From Thermodesulfovibrionales bacterium (GTDB taxonomy: Bacteria > Nitrospirota > Thermodesulfovibrionia > Thermodesulfovibrionales > UBA9159), in the NCBI GenBank assembly GCA_035686305.1, contig DASRZP010000050.1, positions 3,338-67,337 of the forward strand: a stretch of 64,000 nt of DNA. The letters run 5' to 3'. Shown here one piece after another: positions 1 through 9,657 of the stretch. The notes under the pieces were generated by a model that did no database searches, was not told the origin of the DNA, and worked only from the letters and a program-made list of their open reading frames with translations. A program made the position numbers and the translations under genes. The first letter of the stretch is position 1. Each line of letters begins with the position of its first letter.

Positions 1-46
1 CCAGATGCCCTCAAGGTGCTGCTGCGGATAGGATAGTATCGTCAGG

Positions 47-817
47 TTACACGAGTAAAAGGCCTGTTGAGGCTGAGCGACTGGCAGCGTAAAGGCAGAT
101 GTCTGACCTCAGGATGGATCGATGAGTATTCAGTGCGACTGTGGGGCTGTTGTTTTCTTCGGAAAGGTGAGAGAGGCATGCCCATTTCAGGCGGTCACGT
201 CCTGAGGACTCGAGGAGTTCGGCTGCCTCGATGTTTGAGAGATGTCCTCCCGGACCCTTGATGCGGCCTTTGAGGAAAGAAGGATAGGTGCCTCGATCAA
301 GCATATCGGGATCATAATTACTCTCGATAAAGACCGCATCGAGGGAGGCGATGATCTCATCGAGCCCTTCAAAGACATGGCCGAGGTCCGTCAGTATCCC
401 GAGACGCTTTCCGTCTGAAGCAACGACAAAGGCTGACCCGTCTGCGCCATCGTGAGGCGTGGGAAGTGCATGAACGGTCACCCTTCCAAAACTGATCGTT
501 TCGTCCGACTGAAAATATCGGATGTCATCCAATCTCCCGATCATCCTTTCATCAACAGCGCCCAGAGTTTTCTCCGTGACATAAAGGGGCAGGTTATATT
601 TCCTCTGGTACACGCCGGCGTAGCCGATGTGGTCGGCATGGTCGTGGGATATGATAAGGGCATCGACGTTACCGATATGACGTCCATGTGCTGCAAGCCT
701 TCGCTCCGCCTGGATGCCGCTGATCCCTGCATCAAAGAGCAGTCTTACGCCGCAGGTCTCAACATAGATGCAGTTTCCGCTGCTTCCCGACTGGAGCGAG
801 ATCGCGATCATCGTCAT
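47..817 (-). CDS. MBL-fold metallo-hydrolase
   Basis: 256-aa ORF. SGSSGN near the N-terminus and an HxHxDH zinc motif (SHDHADH), both typical of the metallo-beta-lactamase fold. Confidence 0.8.
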   Translation of the reverse strand: MTMIAISLQSGSSGNCIYVETCGVRLLFDAGISGIQAERRLAAHGRHIGNVDALIISHDHADHIGYAGVYQRKYNLPLYVTEKTLGAVDERMIGRLDDIRYFQSDETISFGRVTVHALPTPHDGADGSAFVVASDGKRLGILTDLGHVFEGLDEIIASLDAVFIESNYDPDMLDRGTYPSFLKGRIKGPGGHLSNIEAAELLESSGRDRLKWACLSHLSEENNSPTVALNTHRSILRSDICLYAASRSASTGLLLV

Positions 818-903
818 GCGTTGTCTAATCTATCAGTCAACATCCCCTTTGTCAAGAAAGATTTTCAAAAACCAGGTCACCACCCTTTAACCGTCCTGGC
901 TTG

Positions 904-932
904 TTGACTTGCCGTTCCCGGCTCGATAGAAT
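904..932 (+). promoter_or_regulatory. sigma70-type promoter candidate upstream of the cytochrome c gene
   Basis: TTGACT (904-909), 17-nt spacer, TAGAAT (927-932). This would give a ~180-nt leader before ATG 1121. Confidence 0.4.
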
Positions 933-1120
933 TTATGAAAGGAAGATGCCGGCAAAGAAGTCGGTACCATACAGGAGTTTGCGTCATTCAGAAATCAATG
1001 AAAGGAGGGTCCGAGAGATTCGTCTGAAGGAGGACAGAACTTGGATGAGGGACATCCTGGTAGAGAATTCTCACAGGGGATGAAAATGTATCTTTCGCAA
1101 CCGCAAAGAAAGGAGAGAAT

Positions 1121-2302
1121 ATGCAATTATGTATGGTTCTTGTGATAGCGGCAATGGTTGCTCTGCCTTTTGCGGCTTCAGCAGAGTACAAGACGATCGA
1201 TGAGGTGGTGAAGGCTTACAGTGACGAGTCCTGCAAAACCTGTCACGCGAAGGTCTATGACGAGTGGAAGGCGTCCTACCATGCGCAGTCAGTGGTCCAT
1301 TCCGTCGGTGGGATACGGAACTTCATCGTCGTCGGCCTCGGAAAGGAATGGGATAAACCGGTGAGCAAGGAGCATCTTATGCGCTGCATGGACTGCCATG
1401 CCCCACATCTCAAAGATGCCTCGGAATCCTTGATAAAAGAGGTAGCCCAGCTCATCGTTGCCTCTGTTGACGAGAAGGACGAAGGGAAGAAGGCTGCAGC
1501 GAAAAGGGAACTCGGGAAGCTTAACGTCAACTGTGTTATCTGTCATAATACAAAGGTCTCCATCGAGAAGAACCTCAAAGGAGCCCCCAAAGAGGGAGTT
1601 TATTACGGGCCTTCCGGTAACCCTTCGCCTGCGCACGGGACGGAGAAATCTTCGGTCATCACCTCCGCGATCTTCTGCGGACAGTGTCACGGCATGTACA
1701 CACCTCCTGATGGCGATGTTATCGGCTGCAATACCCTTTACGGGAGCTACCAGGATGCATACCGCGGCAATGGCGGGACCGAGACCTGCCAGGAATGCCA
1801 CATGGAGAAGGCTAATAGAGGACATACCTTCCCCGGGGCATACCAGGTCGAGATCGTGAGGGAAGGAATCGGTCTCGACGTCCAGGCAGCAGGGATCAGG
1901 CTTCATCCTGGTAAATGGGTGCCCACGGCGATCGTCAATGTAGGTCTTATCAACAAGGCCGGCCACAGAATCCCTGACGGCTGACTATGGTCTGCCCAGG
2001 TGGTCCTGGATGTGACCGCTAAGACCGATAAAGGAACAGTCGTCAATATGGGCAAGAAAGAGTACTGGGAACTCGGTATGGACCTTGACGGAGACCACAG
2101 ACTTGGTGCCTGGCAGATCAAAGAGATCATCGACCTGACACTCCCTCCCATGAAAACGACAAAGGAGAGGTTCGTGAGTGAACTGCCGCAGGATACGAAG
2201 AACGCAGAGATCGAAGTTACGGTGACCTATTTCCCTTCCGGTCCTGCCGGGAAGGGACTTGAGGCGCACAAGGTAACGAAGAAGCTCAACTTCGAAAGGT
2301 AG
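1121..2302 (+). CDS. periplasmic pentaheme c-type cytochrome, reading frame interrupted by one in-frame TGA at 1982-1984 (possible selenocysteine/read-through, or a nonsense pseudogene)
   Basis: Signal peptide MQLCMVLVIAAMVALPFAASA. Five CXXCH motifs (CKTCH, CMDCH, CVICH, CGQCH, CQECH). Track ORFs 1121..1984 and 2000..2302 are in the same frame with only the TGA between them. The downstream part has no signal peptide or Shine-Dalgarno sequence of its own. Confidence 0.6.
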
Positions 2303-2325
2303 ACCATGATGTAGCAGACAATAGT

Positions 2326-2500
2326 CAGGCAGGCATGGATCGAAGCCCTGTACATGCGATGAAACTTTGACAATGAGGGACTGCGAGGACTTCACCGAAA
2401 GTGGCCTCCGCATTGAGTACACAGCGGTAGTTGGCAACCATCAAAGGTATCGCAATACAATGCTTCTCCCCATGCCTGTCCTGACGGACAAGATAGTTTT
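2326..2500 (+). repeat. intergenic repeat / candidate structured RNA, copy A
   Basis: The 169-nt core 2331..2499 aligns in the same orientation to 48701..48869, roughly three-quarters identical by hand alignment. No ORF. Conserved hairpins. Confidence 0.7.
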
Positions 2501-2519
2501 TGTGTGATCGAAAGGTAGA

Positions 2520-3320
2520 TCATCCGTCAGGTTCTTTGCCCGGCTTTGAGCGAAGGGTGCGCTCAAAGATGCCGGCGAGATGGGCAAACTCTTCGATACT
2601 CAGGGTTTCCGCTCTTCTGCCTGGATCGATCCCTGCCAGGGTCAAGAGCTGTTTCGTCTCGGCTGTCACCGGCTTCAGGGCGTTTGAAAGTGTCTTCCTT
2701 CGCTGCGAGAAGGCAGTCTTTATGATCCTGAAAAAGAGCTTCTCATCCGGCACCTTTACAGGAGGCTCTTCATTGATCTCGAGATGAACGAGTGCGGAAT
2801 CGACCTTCGGGACAGGTCTGAAGGCCCCTTTCGGCACGATAAACTCTAGTGAAGGCCGGCTGTAATACTGCGCCATGAGGGAAAGAACCCCGTACTCTTT
2901 TCCCCCAGGGGAAGCCACGATCCTCTCGGCAACTTCTCTCTGTGCCATGATGGTAACTGAGGCGAGACTTCTCCGGTGCTCAAACAGTTTAAACAAGAGA
3001 GGTGTAGTAATATAGTAAGGTATGTTGGCCACAACCTTGAAGGGCCCCAGAGACCCGAAGGGATATCGAAGGGCATCCCCATGGACAAGTTCGATAGCAG
3101 CATTCCCTGCGAGTTCGTCGGACAATCGTTCATACAACTCCCGGTCCACTTCTATCGCTATGACCTTCCTGACGCAGGATGCAAGCATTCGCGTGAGCCT
3201 GCCCGGACCGGGACCGATTTCGACGACCATATCATGAGGGGAAAGCTGAGCAGCCTCTACGATCCTCTTGAGAATGTTCGGGTCAAAGAGAAAATTCTGG
3301 CCGAGACGTCTCTTGGTCAT
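2520..3320 (-). CDS. rsmA: 16S rRNA (adenine1518/1519-N6)-dimethyltransferase
   Basis: The N-terminus MTKRRLGQNFLFDPNILKRIV and the EIGPGPGRLT SAM motif are hallmark KsgA/RsmA sequence. Confidence 0.9.
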   Translation of the reverse strand: MTKRRLGQNFLFDPNILKRIVEAAQLSPHDMVVEIGPGPGRLTRMLASCVRKVIAIEVDRELYERLSDELAGNAAIELVHGDALRYPFGSLGPFKVVANIPYYITTPLLFKLFEHRRSLASVTIMAQREVAERIVASPGGKEYGVLSLMAQYYSRPSLEFIVPKGAFRPVPKVDSALVHLEINEEPPVKVPDEKLFFRIIKTAFSQRRKTLSNALKPVTAETKQLLTLAGIDPGRRAETLSIEEFAHLAGIFERTLRSKPGKEPDG

Positions 3321-3354
3321 TCATTGCCTCTGGATTGCTCATGATTCATCCAAA

Positions 3355-4494
3355 TCAACCAGATTCTTCTGCCGCCTCTTCGAGGAAATTCTCGTACTGA
3401 AGGGCGATCGCTTCCCATGAAAGATTTTGCAGAGAGTCTCTGCCCCTCTGCCCCATCTCACGGCGTTCGCTGCTTTTCATAAGGTTTTTCATTGCCTCTG
3501 CAAGTGAGCGCGCGTCTCCCGGGCGGAAGGATATCCCGGCTCTCTGGCGCACAACATACCGGAAGCCGGGAATATCACTCACAATGACGGGTCTGCTGCA
3601 GGCGAGCGCCTCAAGCGCCGCTATCGACTGGACCTCGTGGCGTGACGGGAAGACAGCAAAGAGCGCCCCGCAGAGGAGATCGAGTTTCTGATCACCGGAG
3701 ACCCAACCAGCCAACGCTATCTTCCTTCGGACATCGGTTGGAAGGTCGGCAAGCATCGCCTTGAAGGTCGTCATATCTCTCCCGTCACCGGCGATCACGA
3801 GTCTCACGTCCGGGAAAAAACCGTGAAACTCCCGGTATGCCTCAAGAAGGATATCGAGCCCTTTGCCATAAACGTCTATCCTGCCGAAGTAGAGCATGTA
3901 ATCCCTTTCAACAGGGTTGCGGTCGAAGAGCTCAGCTGATACCCCATTCGAGATGATCCTGATCTTCTTGCTCCTTCCCAGAATGAAGTTGCCGACGGTC
4001 TCGCTGTTCACAAAGATGAAGTTGCGGTAGAAGAGAGGCCTCACCTGCTCCATGAGGAAGAGGGGCAATGCTCGGAGGACATTGTATTTCCTGAAGTAGA
4101 TGGTTCCTGTATATCCCTGCATCTGGAGAATGATCGGTCTCTTCGTGAAGAGATGGAGGAATGTCGGTACGGCAGGTGAGAATTCTTCAATAATGATATC
4201 GAACTCGGAGGAGTGCTTCTTCACAAACGATGCGGCATGGTAAGCGTAAGACAGGAGAGATCTCATCATGCTGGTGCTCTCGGTGCCGACAAAGATATGC
4301 CTCAGGCCCTCAGTATCGCACTCCTTGATCCCGGGATATCTCTTGCATAAGAGCGTGATATCATGACGTTCTCTCAGGCGGCGATAGATCTCATATGCCC
4401 TGGTCCCCACCCCGCCAATCCCGAAATAATCGTCCTTGCTCTCATAAAGGAGATGGAGGATCTTCACTCGGTCTTCCTCATGGCCTTCTCGCAT
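3355..4494 (-). CDS. glycosyltransferase family 4 (GT-B, group 1)
   Basis: 379-aa ORF with a C-terminal GT1/GT4 signature (FPSRHEVQSIAALEALACSRPVIVSD). A GTG at 4467 preceded by AGGAAG is an alternative start. Confidence 0.8.
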   Translation of the reverse strand: MREGHEEDRVKILHLLYESKDDYFGIGGVGTRAYEIYRRLRERHDITLLCKRYPGIKECDTEGLRHIFVGTESTSMMRSLLSYAYHAASFVKKHSSEFDIIIEEFSPAVPTFLHLFTKRPIILQMQGYTGTIYFRKYNVLRALPLFLMEQVRPLFYRNFIFVNSETVGNFILGRSKKIRIISNGVSAELFDRNPVERDYMLYFGRIDVYGKGLDILLEAYREFHGFFPDVRLVIAGDGRDMTTFKAMLADLPTDVRRKIALAGWVSGDQKLDLLCGALFAVFPSRHEVQSIAALEALACSRPVIVSDIPGFRYVVRQRAGISFRPGDARSLAEAMKNLMKSSERREMGQRGRDSLQNLSWEAIALQYENFLEEAAEESG

Positions 4495-4772
4495 GAAGCA
4501 GCGCCTGTCGGCTTCTCATTGAGAAACGTAGCATTGGTGGCGATTTTCAAGTTTCCAGGGCCCTTCTGTACGTCAGGACCGGGTCAGCGGCAACCTTCTG
4601 CCACAAGTATTCTCCTGCCTTTTTCAGAACAGAAGGTTTGGTATTTAAGAGGACCTGCATGACCGTCTCTGAGAGAATCCTTTCTTCCCCTGTCGGAGAA
4701 CCGCACGTCCCATTCGTTACAAACGGGAAATTTCAATACGCCTATTGTATAATAGCAGTTCACGATGTCAAA

Positions 4773-5558
4773 ATGACGAGAGCATTAGACGAAATCTCAG
4801 AGATAGTCAGGTACAAGGAATTCTTGAGGAACCTTGTCATGAGGGACATAAAGGTTCGCTACAAGAGGTCGGTCCTTGGTTTCCTCTGGGTCATGCTGAA
4901 CCCCCTCCTCATGATGCTCATTCTCAGCACGGTCTTTTCAGAGGTATTTAAGGTTTCGACGAAGAACTATACCACGTATCTTATTTCGGGGATTATCCTC
5001 TGGAATTTCTTCTCGCAGAGCACGGTCACGTCCCTCAGAAGCATTTTCGGCAACGGCAATCTTATTAAGAAGGTCTATGTTCCGAAAGCCATATTCCCTC
5101 TGTCGATAATCCTGTCAGCCATGATTAATTTTGTCTTCTCCCTCGTCCCGCTTCTTATCATCTTCTTTATCACCGGCACATCGGTAAGCCTCAATATCTA
5201 CCTCGTGCCGGTGATCATTATTCTTGTCGCGCTTTTTTCCTTCGGGATCTCCCTCATCCTTTCGACCTTGACCGTATTCTTTCACGACACCATATACATC
5301 TATGACGTGCTCCTCCTTGCGTGGATGTATGCAACGCCCATATTCTTTCCTGAGTCTATTATCCCCCAGAGATTCCTCTTTATCCTTAACCTGAACCCTC
5401 TCTATTATTTCCTGACTACCTTCAGGGCTGCCCTCTTCATGGACGGCTCCTTCATTTTTGGAAAACTGATGTGCAGTCTTCTCTTTTCCCTTGCTGCGCT
5501 TGCGGCGGGGTTGGTTGTTTACAGCCGTTACAGGGACAGGCTAATCTATTATCTCTGA
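4773..5558 (+). CDS. wzm: ABC-2 type polysaccharide exporter permease (Wzm/TagG-like), set 1
   Basis: N-terminal motif RDIKVRYKRSVLGFLWVMLNP plus six predicted TM segments. The start is trimmed to ATG 4773; the track ORF starts at 4638. Confidence 0.75.
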   Translation: MTRALDEISEIVRYKEFLRNLVMRDIKVRYKRSVLGFLWVMLNPLLMMLILSTVFSEVFKVSTKNYTTYLISGIILWNFFSQSTVTSLRSIFGNGNLIKKVYVPKAIFPLSIILSAMINFVFSLVPLLIIFFITGTSVSLNIYLVPVIIILVALFSFGISLILSTLTVFFHDTIYIYDVLLLAWMYATPIFFPESIIPQRFLFILNLNPLYYFLTTFRAALFMDGSFIFGKLMCSLLFSLAALAAGLVVYSRYRDRLIYYL

Positions 5559-5591
5559 CATGAAGAATAGAGCTGGCGAGGTTCGGGCGTT

Positions 5592-6326
5592 TTGAAAAGG
5601 CTTGCCATAGAGATTGAGGGCGTCTCCGTCAGATACCGCCTTGCAAAGGAAAAACCAAAGACCCTTCAGGAATACGTAATCCAGAGGTTGAAGGGCAGGA
5701 AGATGGATTATGAAGCTTTCTGGGCAATACGAGGGGTGACGATCCATGTCACAAAGGGTGAAACGCTCGGAATCATAGGGCATAACGGCGCTGGAAAGAG
5801 CACCTTGCTCAAGATAATCGCGGGGGTTTTAAAACCCACAGAGGGGCTTGTGACGGTGAACGGCAAGATCGCTCCCCTCATCGAAATCAGCGCAGGCTTT
5901 GATATGGAGCTTACGGGAGTCGAAAATATTTTTTTGAATGCCTCCATGCTCGGTCTTTCTCGGAAGGAGATCGAGAGCAGGATAGATCCCATTGTTGATT
6001 TCTCTGAGCTCCACGAATTCATCCACAGTCCTTTGAGGAGCTATTCTTCCGGCATGATCGCAAGGCTCGGTTTTTCGATTGCAACGGCGGTCGATCCGGA
6101 CATACTGATCATAGATGAAAGTCTCTCTGTTGGGGATGAACGGTTCAGAAGAAAATTTGATATGAGGATTGATGAGTTGAAGATGAGGGGAACTACCCTT
6201 CTCCTTGTCTCGCACATGATGGGCGACATTGAGAGATTGTGCGACAAGATTCTCTGGCTCGACCACGGCAGACTGAAGGCATACAGTAGTGACGTTGAAG
6301 AGGTCATCAAGAGCTATACCGCGTAG
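5592..6326 (+). CDS. wzt: ABC polysaccharide exporter ATP-binding protein (short Wzt/TagH-like, no C-terminal binding domain), set 1
   Basis: Walker A GHNGAGKST, signature YSSGM, Walker B ILIIDE. 244 aa. Confidence 0.8.
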   Translation: MKRLAIEIEGVSVRYRLAKEKPKTLQEYVIQRLKGRKMDYEAFWAIRGVTIHVTKGETLGIIGHNGAGKSTLLKIIAGVLKPTEGLVTVNGKIAPLIEISAGFDMELTGVENIFLNASMLGLSRKEIESRIDPIVDFSELHEFIHSPLRSYSSGMIARLGFSIATAVDPDILIIDESLSVGDERFRRKFDMRIDELKMRGTTLLLVSHMMGDIERLCDKILWLDHGRLKAYSSDVEEVIKSYTA

Positions 6327-6339
6327 AGGCCTATTTCGT

Positions 6340-6380
6340 CAGTCCTGTGCAGTCCATGAATTCCAGCACAATCCGGACTG
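6340..6380 (+). terminator. stem-loop after wzt (possible terminator between convergent genes)
   Basis: CAGTCCTGTGC (6340-6350) pairs with GCACA..GGACTG (6366-6380), followed by ATTTGG. The weak U-tract makes the call tentative. Confidence 0.35.
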
Positions 6381-6502
6381 ATTTGGTCAGATCATTCGCT
6401 TCAGTATCAAGGATCAGGTTCGGCGGACTTCGACAACCCTCCGAAGGTTCTTCCTCCTGCCTTCGCAGCTGTAACCCAACAAACAGCCGAAACTTAATAA
6501 GG

Positions 6503-7603
6503 TCACGCCAGTTTCTTTTGAAAAGCCTTTTTGCAAGATTGGAGGATTCTCTCTGCCGTAGTATCCCATGAGTATCTCGTTACATTTCTCAGTCCTTTCT
6601 CGATAAGATCGTTGCGCAGATCCTTATTCCTGATTAGAGCAAGCATAGCCTGTTCCAGTGAATTGCCATAAGGATCAAATAGTATCCCTGCTTCACCAAC
6701 TACCTCGGGAAGTGACCCGTTCCTTGAAGATATTACGGGGGTTCCGCATGCCATCGCCTCCAATACGGTCATGCCGAAACCCTCAGCCAAAGACGGATGC
6801 ACCAGCATGTCCGCATATGAATAGAATTTCGGGATATCTTCGAGCGGAATGTAGTCCATATATAATATTCTCTTGTCCTCTGCTAGTGGTTCGGTGGAAA
6901 GGCGTTTGTTTCCGACAACAACAAGGGAGTGGGAAATTTGGTTCTTTATCCCCATGAATGTCTCTATAAGGGTCTTAACATTTTTGTAAGGAAACAGACT
7001 TCCAACAAAAAGGATATAGGGCTTTTTCAATCCGTATCGCGTCATAAATCCATCTCTCATTTCAATTTTTTGGGGCTTGAATAGTTCGGAATTATAGCCG
7101 TTAGGAATAACATCAACTATACTGCTGTCAATTGGGGCGACCTTCAATAATTCGCTCTTAACGAAAAAAGAGGGCACCACTATTCTCCCAGGAATTCTGG
7201 GTAACATTTTTAGGGACAGCCTGAAATATCTCGATGACAGCCCGAACTGCTGAGGGAAGTAGATAGGATGCAGGTCATGAATGGTAATAACTTGAGGGAC
7301 TTGGAAGAAAGGAAATTCGGCTATTGGGCACAGAAGGACATCAATCCCGCGATTCGTCACTTTAAGAGGCAAGAGGGTATTGATATACAAGAATCTTAAA
7401 AGATTATTCAAGAGATGCAGAGATCCCCTTATGGTAGTCGGCGTCTTTACTAAGTACTGAGGTCCAATGGGATTGCAGGGTACCGATGAAAACACAAATG
7501 TTTCGCGATTCAGTTTGTGGATTCGGGAAGATGTTTCCTTAGTATAGACTCCAACACCGGTCGGATTCTCATTCAGAAACGTCGCGTTAATGCCTATCTT
7601 CAT
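6503..7603 (-). CDS. glycosyltransferase family 4
   Basis: 366 aa. C-terminal GT-B motif ([25 protein letters not shown]). Confidence 0.8.
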   Translation of the reverse strand: MKIGINATFLNENPTGVGVYTKETSSRIHKLNRETFVFSSVPCNPIGPQYLVKTPTTIRGSLHLLNNLLRFLYINTLLPLKVTNRGIDVLLCPIAEFPFFQVPQVITIHDLHPIYFPQQFGLSSRYFRLSLKMLPRIPGRIVVPSFFVKSELLKVAPIDSSIVDVIPNGYNSELFKPQKIEMRDGFMTRYGLKKPYILFVGSLFPYKNVKTLIETFMGIKNQISHSLVVVGNKRLSTEPLAEDKRILYMDYIPLEDIPKFYSYADMLVHPSLAEGFGMTVLEAMACGTPVISSRNGSLPEVVGEAGILFDPYGNSLEQAMLALIRNKDLRNDLIEKGLRNVTRYSWDTTAERILQSCKKAFQKKLA

Positions 7604-7675
7604 ATCTTCAAACTAGTGCTATAAGCTCGCTTGAACTATCATCATACGTCATATAGTATTGCGGACAAGCGGATC

Positions 7676-8692
7676 TTATGAGTCAACGAAATGCCATATC
7701 TTTCGGTATTTTCTTTGCAGCCATAACAAGAATGGAGAAGGAATTAGCACAGATGCCGTTAAGATCGCCCTTTTGGCAACTCTATGACGTCGCGTGTCCC
7801 AAGGGAGAAATCCTTTAAAGGCCAATGCATCTTTTGTCGCTTTGAGCCTATTACCCAGAAGACCGGAGAGAAGGATTCCATAAAGGGATTCCTGTGCTTC
7901 GATCCTCTTGTGGATAAAGGAGCAGTCTTTCCCGAGTTTTCGTGAATGCTGCTCCACATGTTCCTGTATGCGGAGCAACAAATTCAATTCTCGTTGCAGT
8001 TTGCCGGCGGTCAGAAGGTTGCCCCCCGACAGATTGTTCGTATGCAGCCTGTAATATCCGAGAGCTTTTTTCACAAGCGAAAGATCACGCATATAAAACG
8101 GCAAAACGTAATGGAGATAGATATCTGCTCCTATACGAAACTCTTCAGGCAAAGGCATTATCTTTTTCAGGCAGTCAGCTCTAACAATCATGCCTGATGT
8201 GGGCGAAAACCAAGGCAAGTTTCCCTTCAAATAGTTATCGATATATGACTGCTCTGAATGCCTACCCGGCTCAGGAAAGATGTACCTATCGACTATCTTC
8301 CCCTTGTCGTCAGTTACATCCATGTAATGGTACATGAAATCGATATCGTCGGACTTTTCAAACTCTTCGGCAACAATCCTTAACTTCTCACGATGCCAGA
8401 AATCATCAGAATCAAGGAAAGCAATAACTTCTCCACCTGCATGTTCTACTCCGGTATTAATGGCTGATGACTGACCACCATTCTTCTTGCGGATATATTT
8501 GACTCTGTCCTTATATTTCGCGACCCGTTGAGCCGTGTCATCAGTAGAGCCGTCGTCAACAACAATAACTTCCATATCTCCGGAAGGAAAATGTTGAGCG
8601 AGAACACTATCTATCGCCTGCTGGATGTAACATCCATAATTATAGTTGTCAATGATGATAGAAAAAAGAGGTCGTTTCTTCAATTCCGGCAT
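7676..8692 (-). CDS. glycosyltransferase family 2
   Basis: N-terminal FSIIIDNYNYGCYIQQAIDSVLAQ...VIVVDDGSTDDT and a DSDD motif, typical of GT2 (GT-A fold). Confidence 0.85.
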   Translation of the reverse strand: MPELKKRPLFSIIIDNYNYGCYIQQAIDSVLAQHFPSGDMEVIVVDDGSTDDTAQRVAKYKDRVKYIRKKNGGQSSAINTGVEHAGGEVIAFLDSDDFWHREKLRIVAEEFEKSDDIDFMYHYMDVTDDKGKIVDRYIFPEPGRHSEQSYIDNYLKGNLPWFSPTSGMIVRADCLKKIMPLPEEFRIGADIYLHYVLPFYMRDLSLVKKALGYYRLHTNNLSGGNLLTAGKLQRELNLLLRIQEHVEQHSRKLGKDCSFIHKRIEAQESLYGILLSGLLGNRLKATKDALAFKGFLPWDTRRHRVAKRAILTASVLIPSPFLLWLQRKYRKIWHFVDS

Positions 8693-8705
8693 GTGTTATG
8701 ATCTC

Positions 8706-9626
8706 TCAAGACAAAAGCAGTCCTCTCAGGAGAAAGATCTGTTGATCGAGATATACCTTTATTTGCTCTTTTTTAGCCACCCCTGGAAGGATGAAATACC
8801 TCATATAGGCTGTGAATGCCGACAGTATTTGCAGAAAGGTCACGATCAATCCCTTCGCAATACCAATGTTTTTCTTATAGAAAAGCAGCAAGCTTTCATT
8901 AAAGACTTCTGTTCTGTTCATGAAAGGTGATGCAGACCCCCAGTGGAGAACTCCGGCAGACGGCACATACCAAATCTCAAAGCCCCTTTGCTTGGCCCTG
9001 TAACACCAGTCCTGTTCCTCAAAGTACATGAAATAATCCTCCGAAAAACCTCCTAAAGCGTCAAAGATATCCTTTTTTACCAGAAAACAGCATCCGTGAA
9101 GAGAATCAATCGATGCAGCCTGATCATCGCTCCAGTACAGACGTGGAAAGATGCGGGTTAATACCTTTTCAGAGAGCAGCTTATCAAGGCCGGTCAAAAA
9201 CAAGAGAGAGGCCGTTATTGATGGGAAACGAAATCCTTTATTTTGAAGCGTCTCGTCGAAGTTCAGTATCTTTGGGCCTGCGGCAGCGACGTTATTATGT
9301 TTTTCCATGAAACCGACCAGATCAGCAACCGTTCTCTCCTTCAGAACGGCATCGCTGTTGAGAAAAAGCAGATAGTTCCCTTTTGCCAACCTTGCCCCTT
9401 CGTTGCTAGCCTTTGCAAAACCGAGATTTCTTATATTCCTTAAGAGTTTTACCCATCCAAATTCCTGTTCTATCATCTCCGGGCTACCGTCGGAAGATGC
9501 ATTGTCAACAACAATGATCTCATAATTGATGCATACGGTTGTCTCACGAACTGATCGTATGCATTCTCTCAGAAGATCCTTCGTATTAAAAGAAACTATA
9601 ATGATGCTCACATGCGTCCCAGACAT
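8706..9626 (-). CDS. glycosyltransferase family 2
   Basis: VSIIIVSFNTKDLLRECIRSV...IIVVDNASSDGS and an NSD motif. Confidence 0.85.
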   Translation of the reverse strand: MSGTHVSIIIVSFNTKDLLRECIRSVRETTVCINYEIIVVDNASSDGSPEMIEQEFGWVKLLRNIRNLGFAKASNEGARLAKGNYLLFLNSDAVLKERTVADLVGFMEKHNNVAAAGPKILNFDETLQNKGFRFPSITASLLFLTGLDKLLSEKVLTRIFPRLYWSDDQAASIDSLHGCCFLVKKDIFDALGGFSEDYFMYFEEQDWCYRAKQRGFEIWYVPSAGVLHWGSASPFMNRTEVFNESLLLFYKKNIGIAKGLIVTFLQILSAFTAYMRYFILPGVAKKEQIKVYLDQQIFLLRGLLLS

Positions 9627-9657
9627 TCTTCAGTGTTGCCCACTCTTGCGAATCGTA

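Noticed and set aside
901-1083. 60-aa ORF (or 45 aa from ATG 947, after AAAGGAAG) in the leader of the cytochrome gene.
   Set aside because: It overlaps the predicted promoter. The product is a highly basic, low-complexity sequence with no recognisable family. It cannot be supported without conservation data. It might still be a leader peptide.
1982-1984. Alternative genetic code (TGA read as Gly or Trp) as an explanation for the in-frame TGA.
   Set aside because: TGA functions as a normal terminator for other well-delimited genes in the window, e.g. rsmA (2520-2522), gspJ (37465-37467) and the 314-aa ORF (46361-46363).
4746-4753. TGTATAAT extended -10 box 20 nt upstream of the trimmed wzm start (4773).
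   Set aside because: No acceptable -35 element, and the resulting mRNA would be almost leaderless without an SD. It may equally be chance in AT-rich sequence, so it is not listed as a feature.
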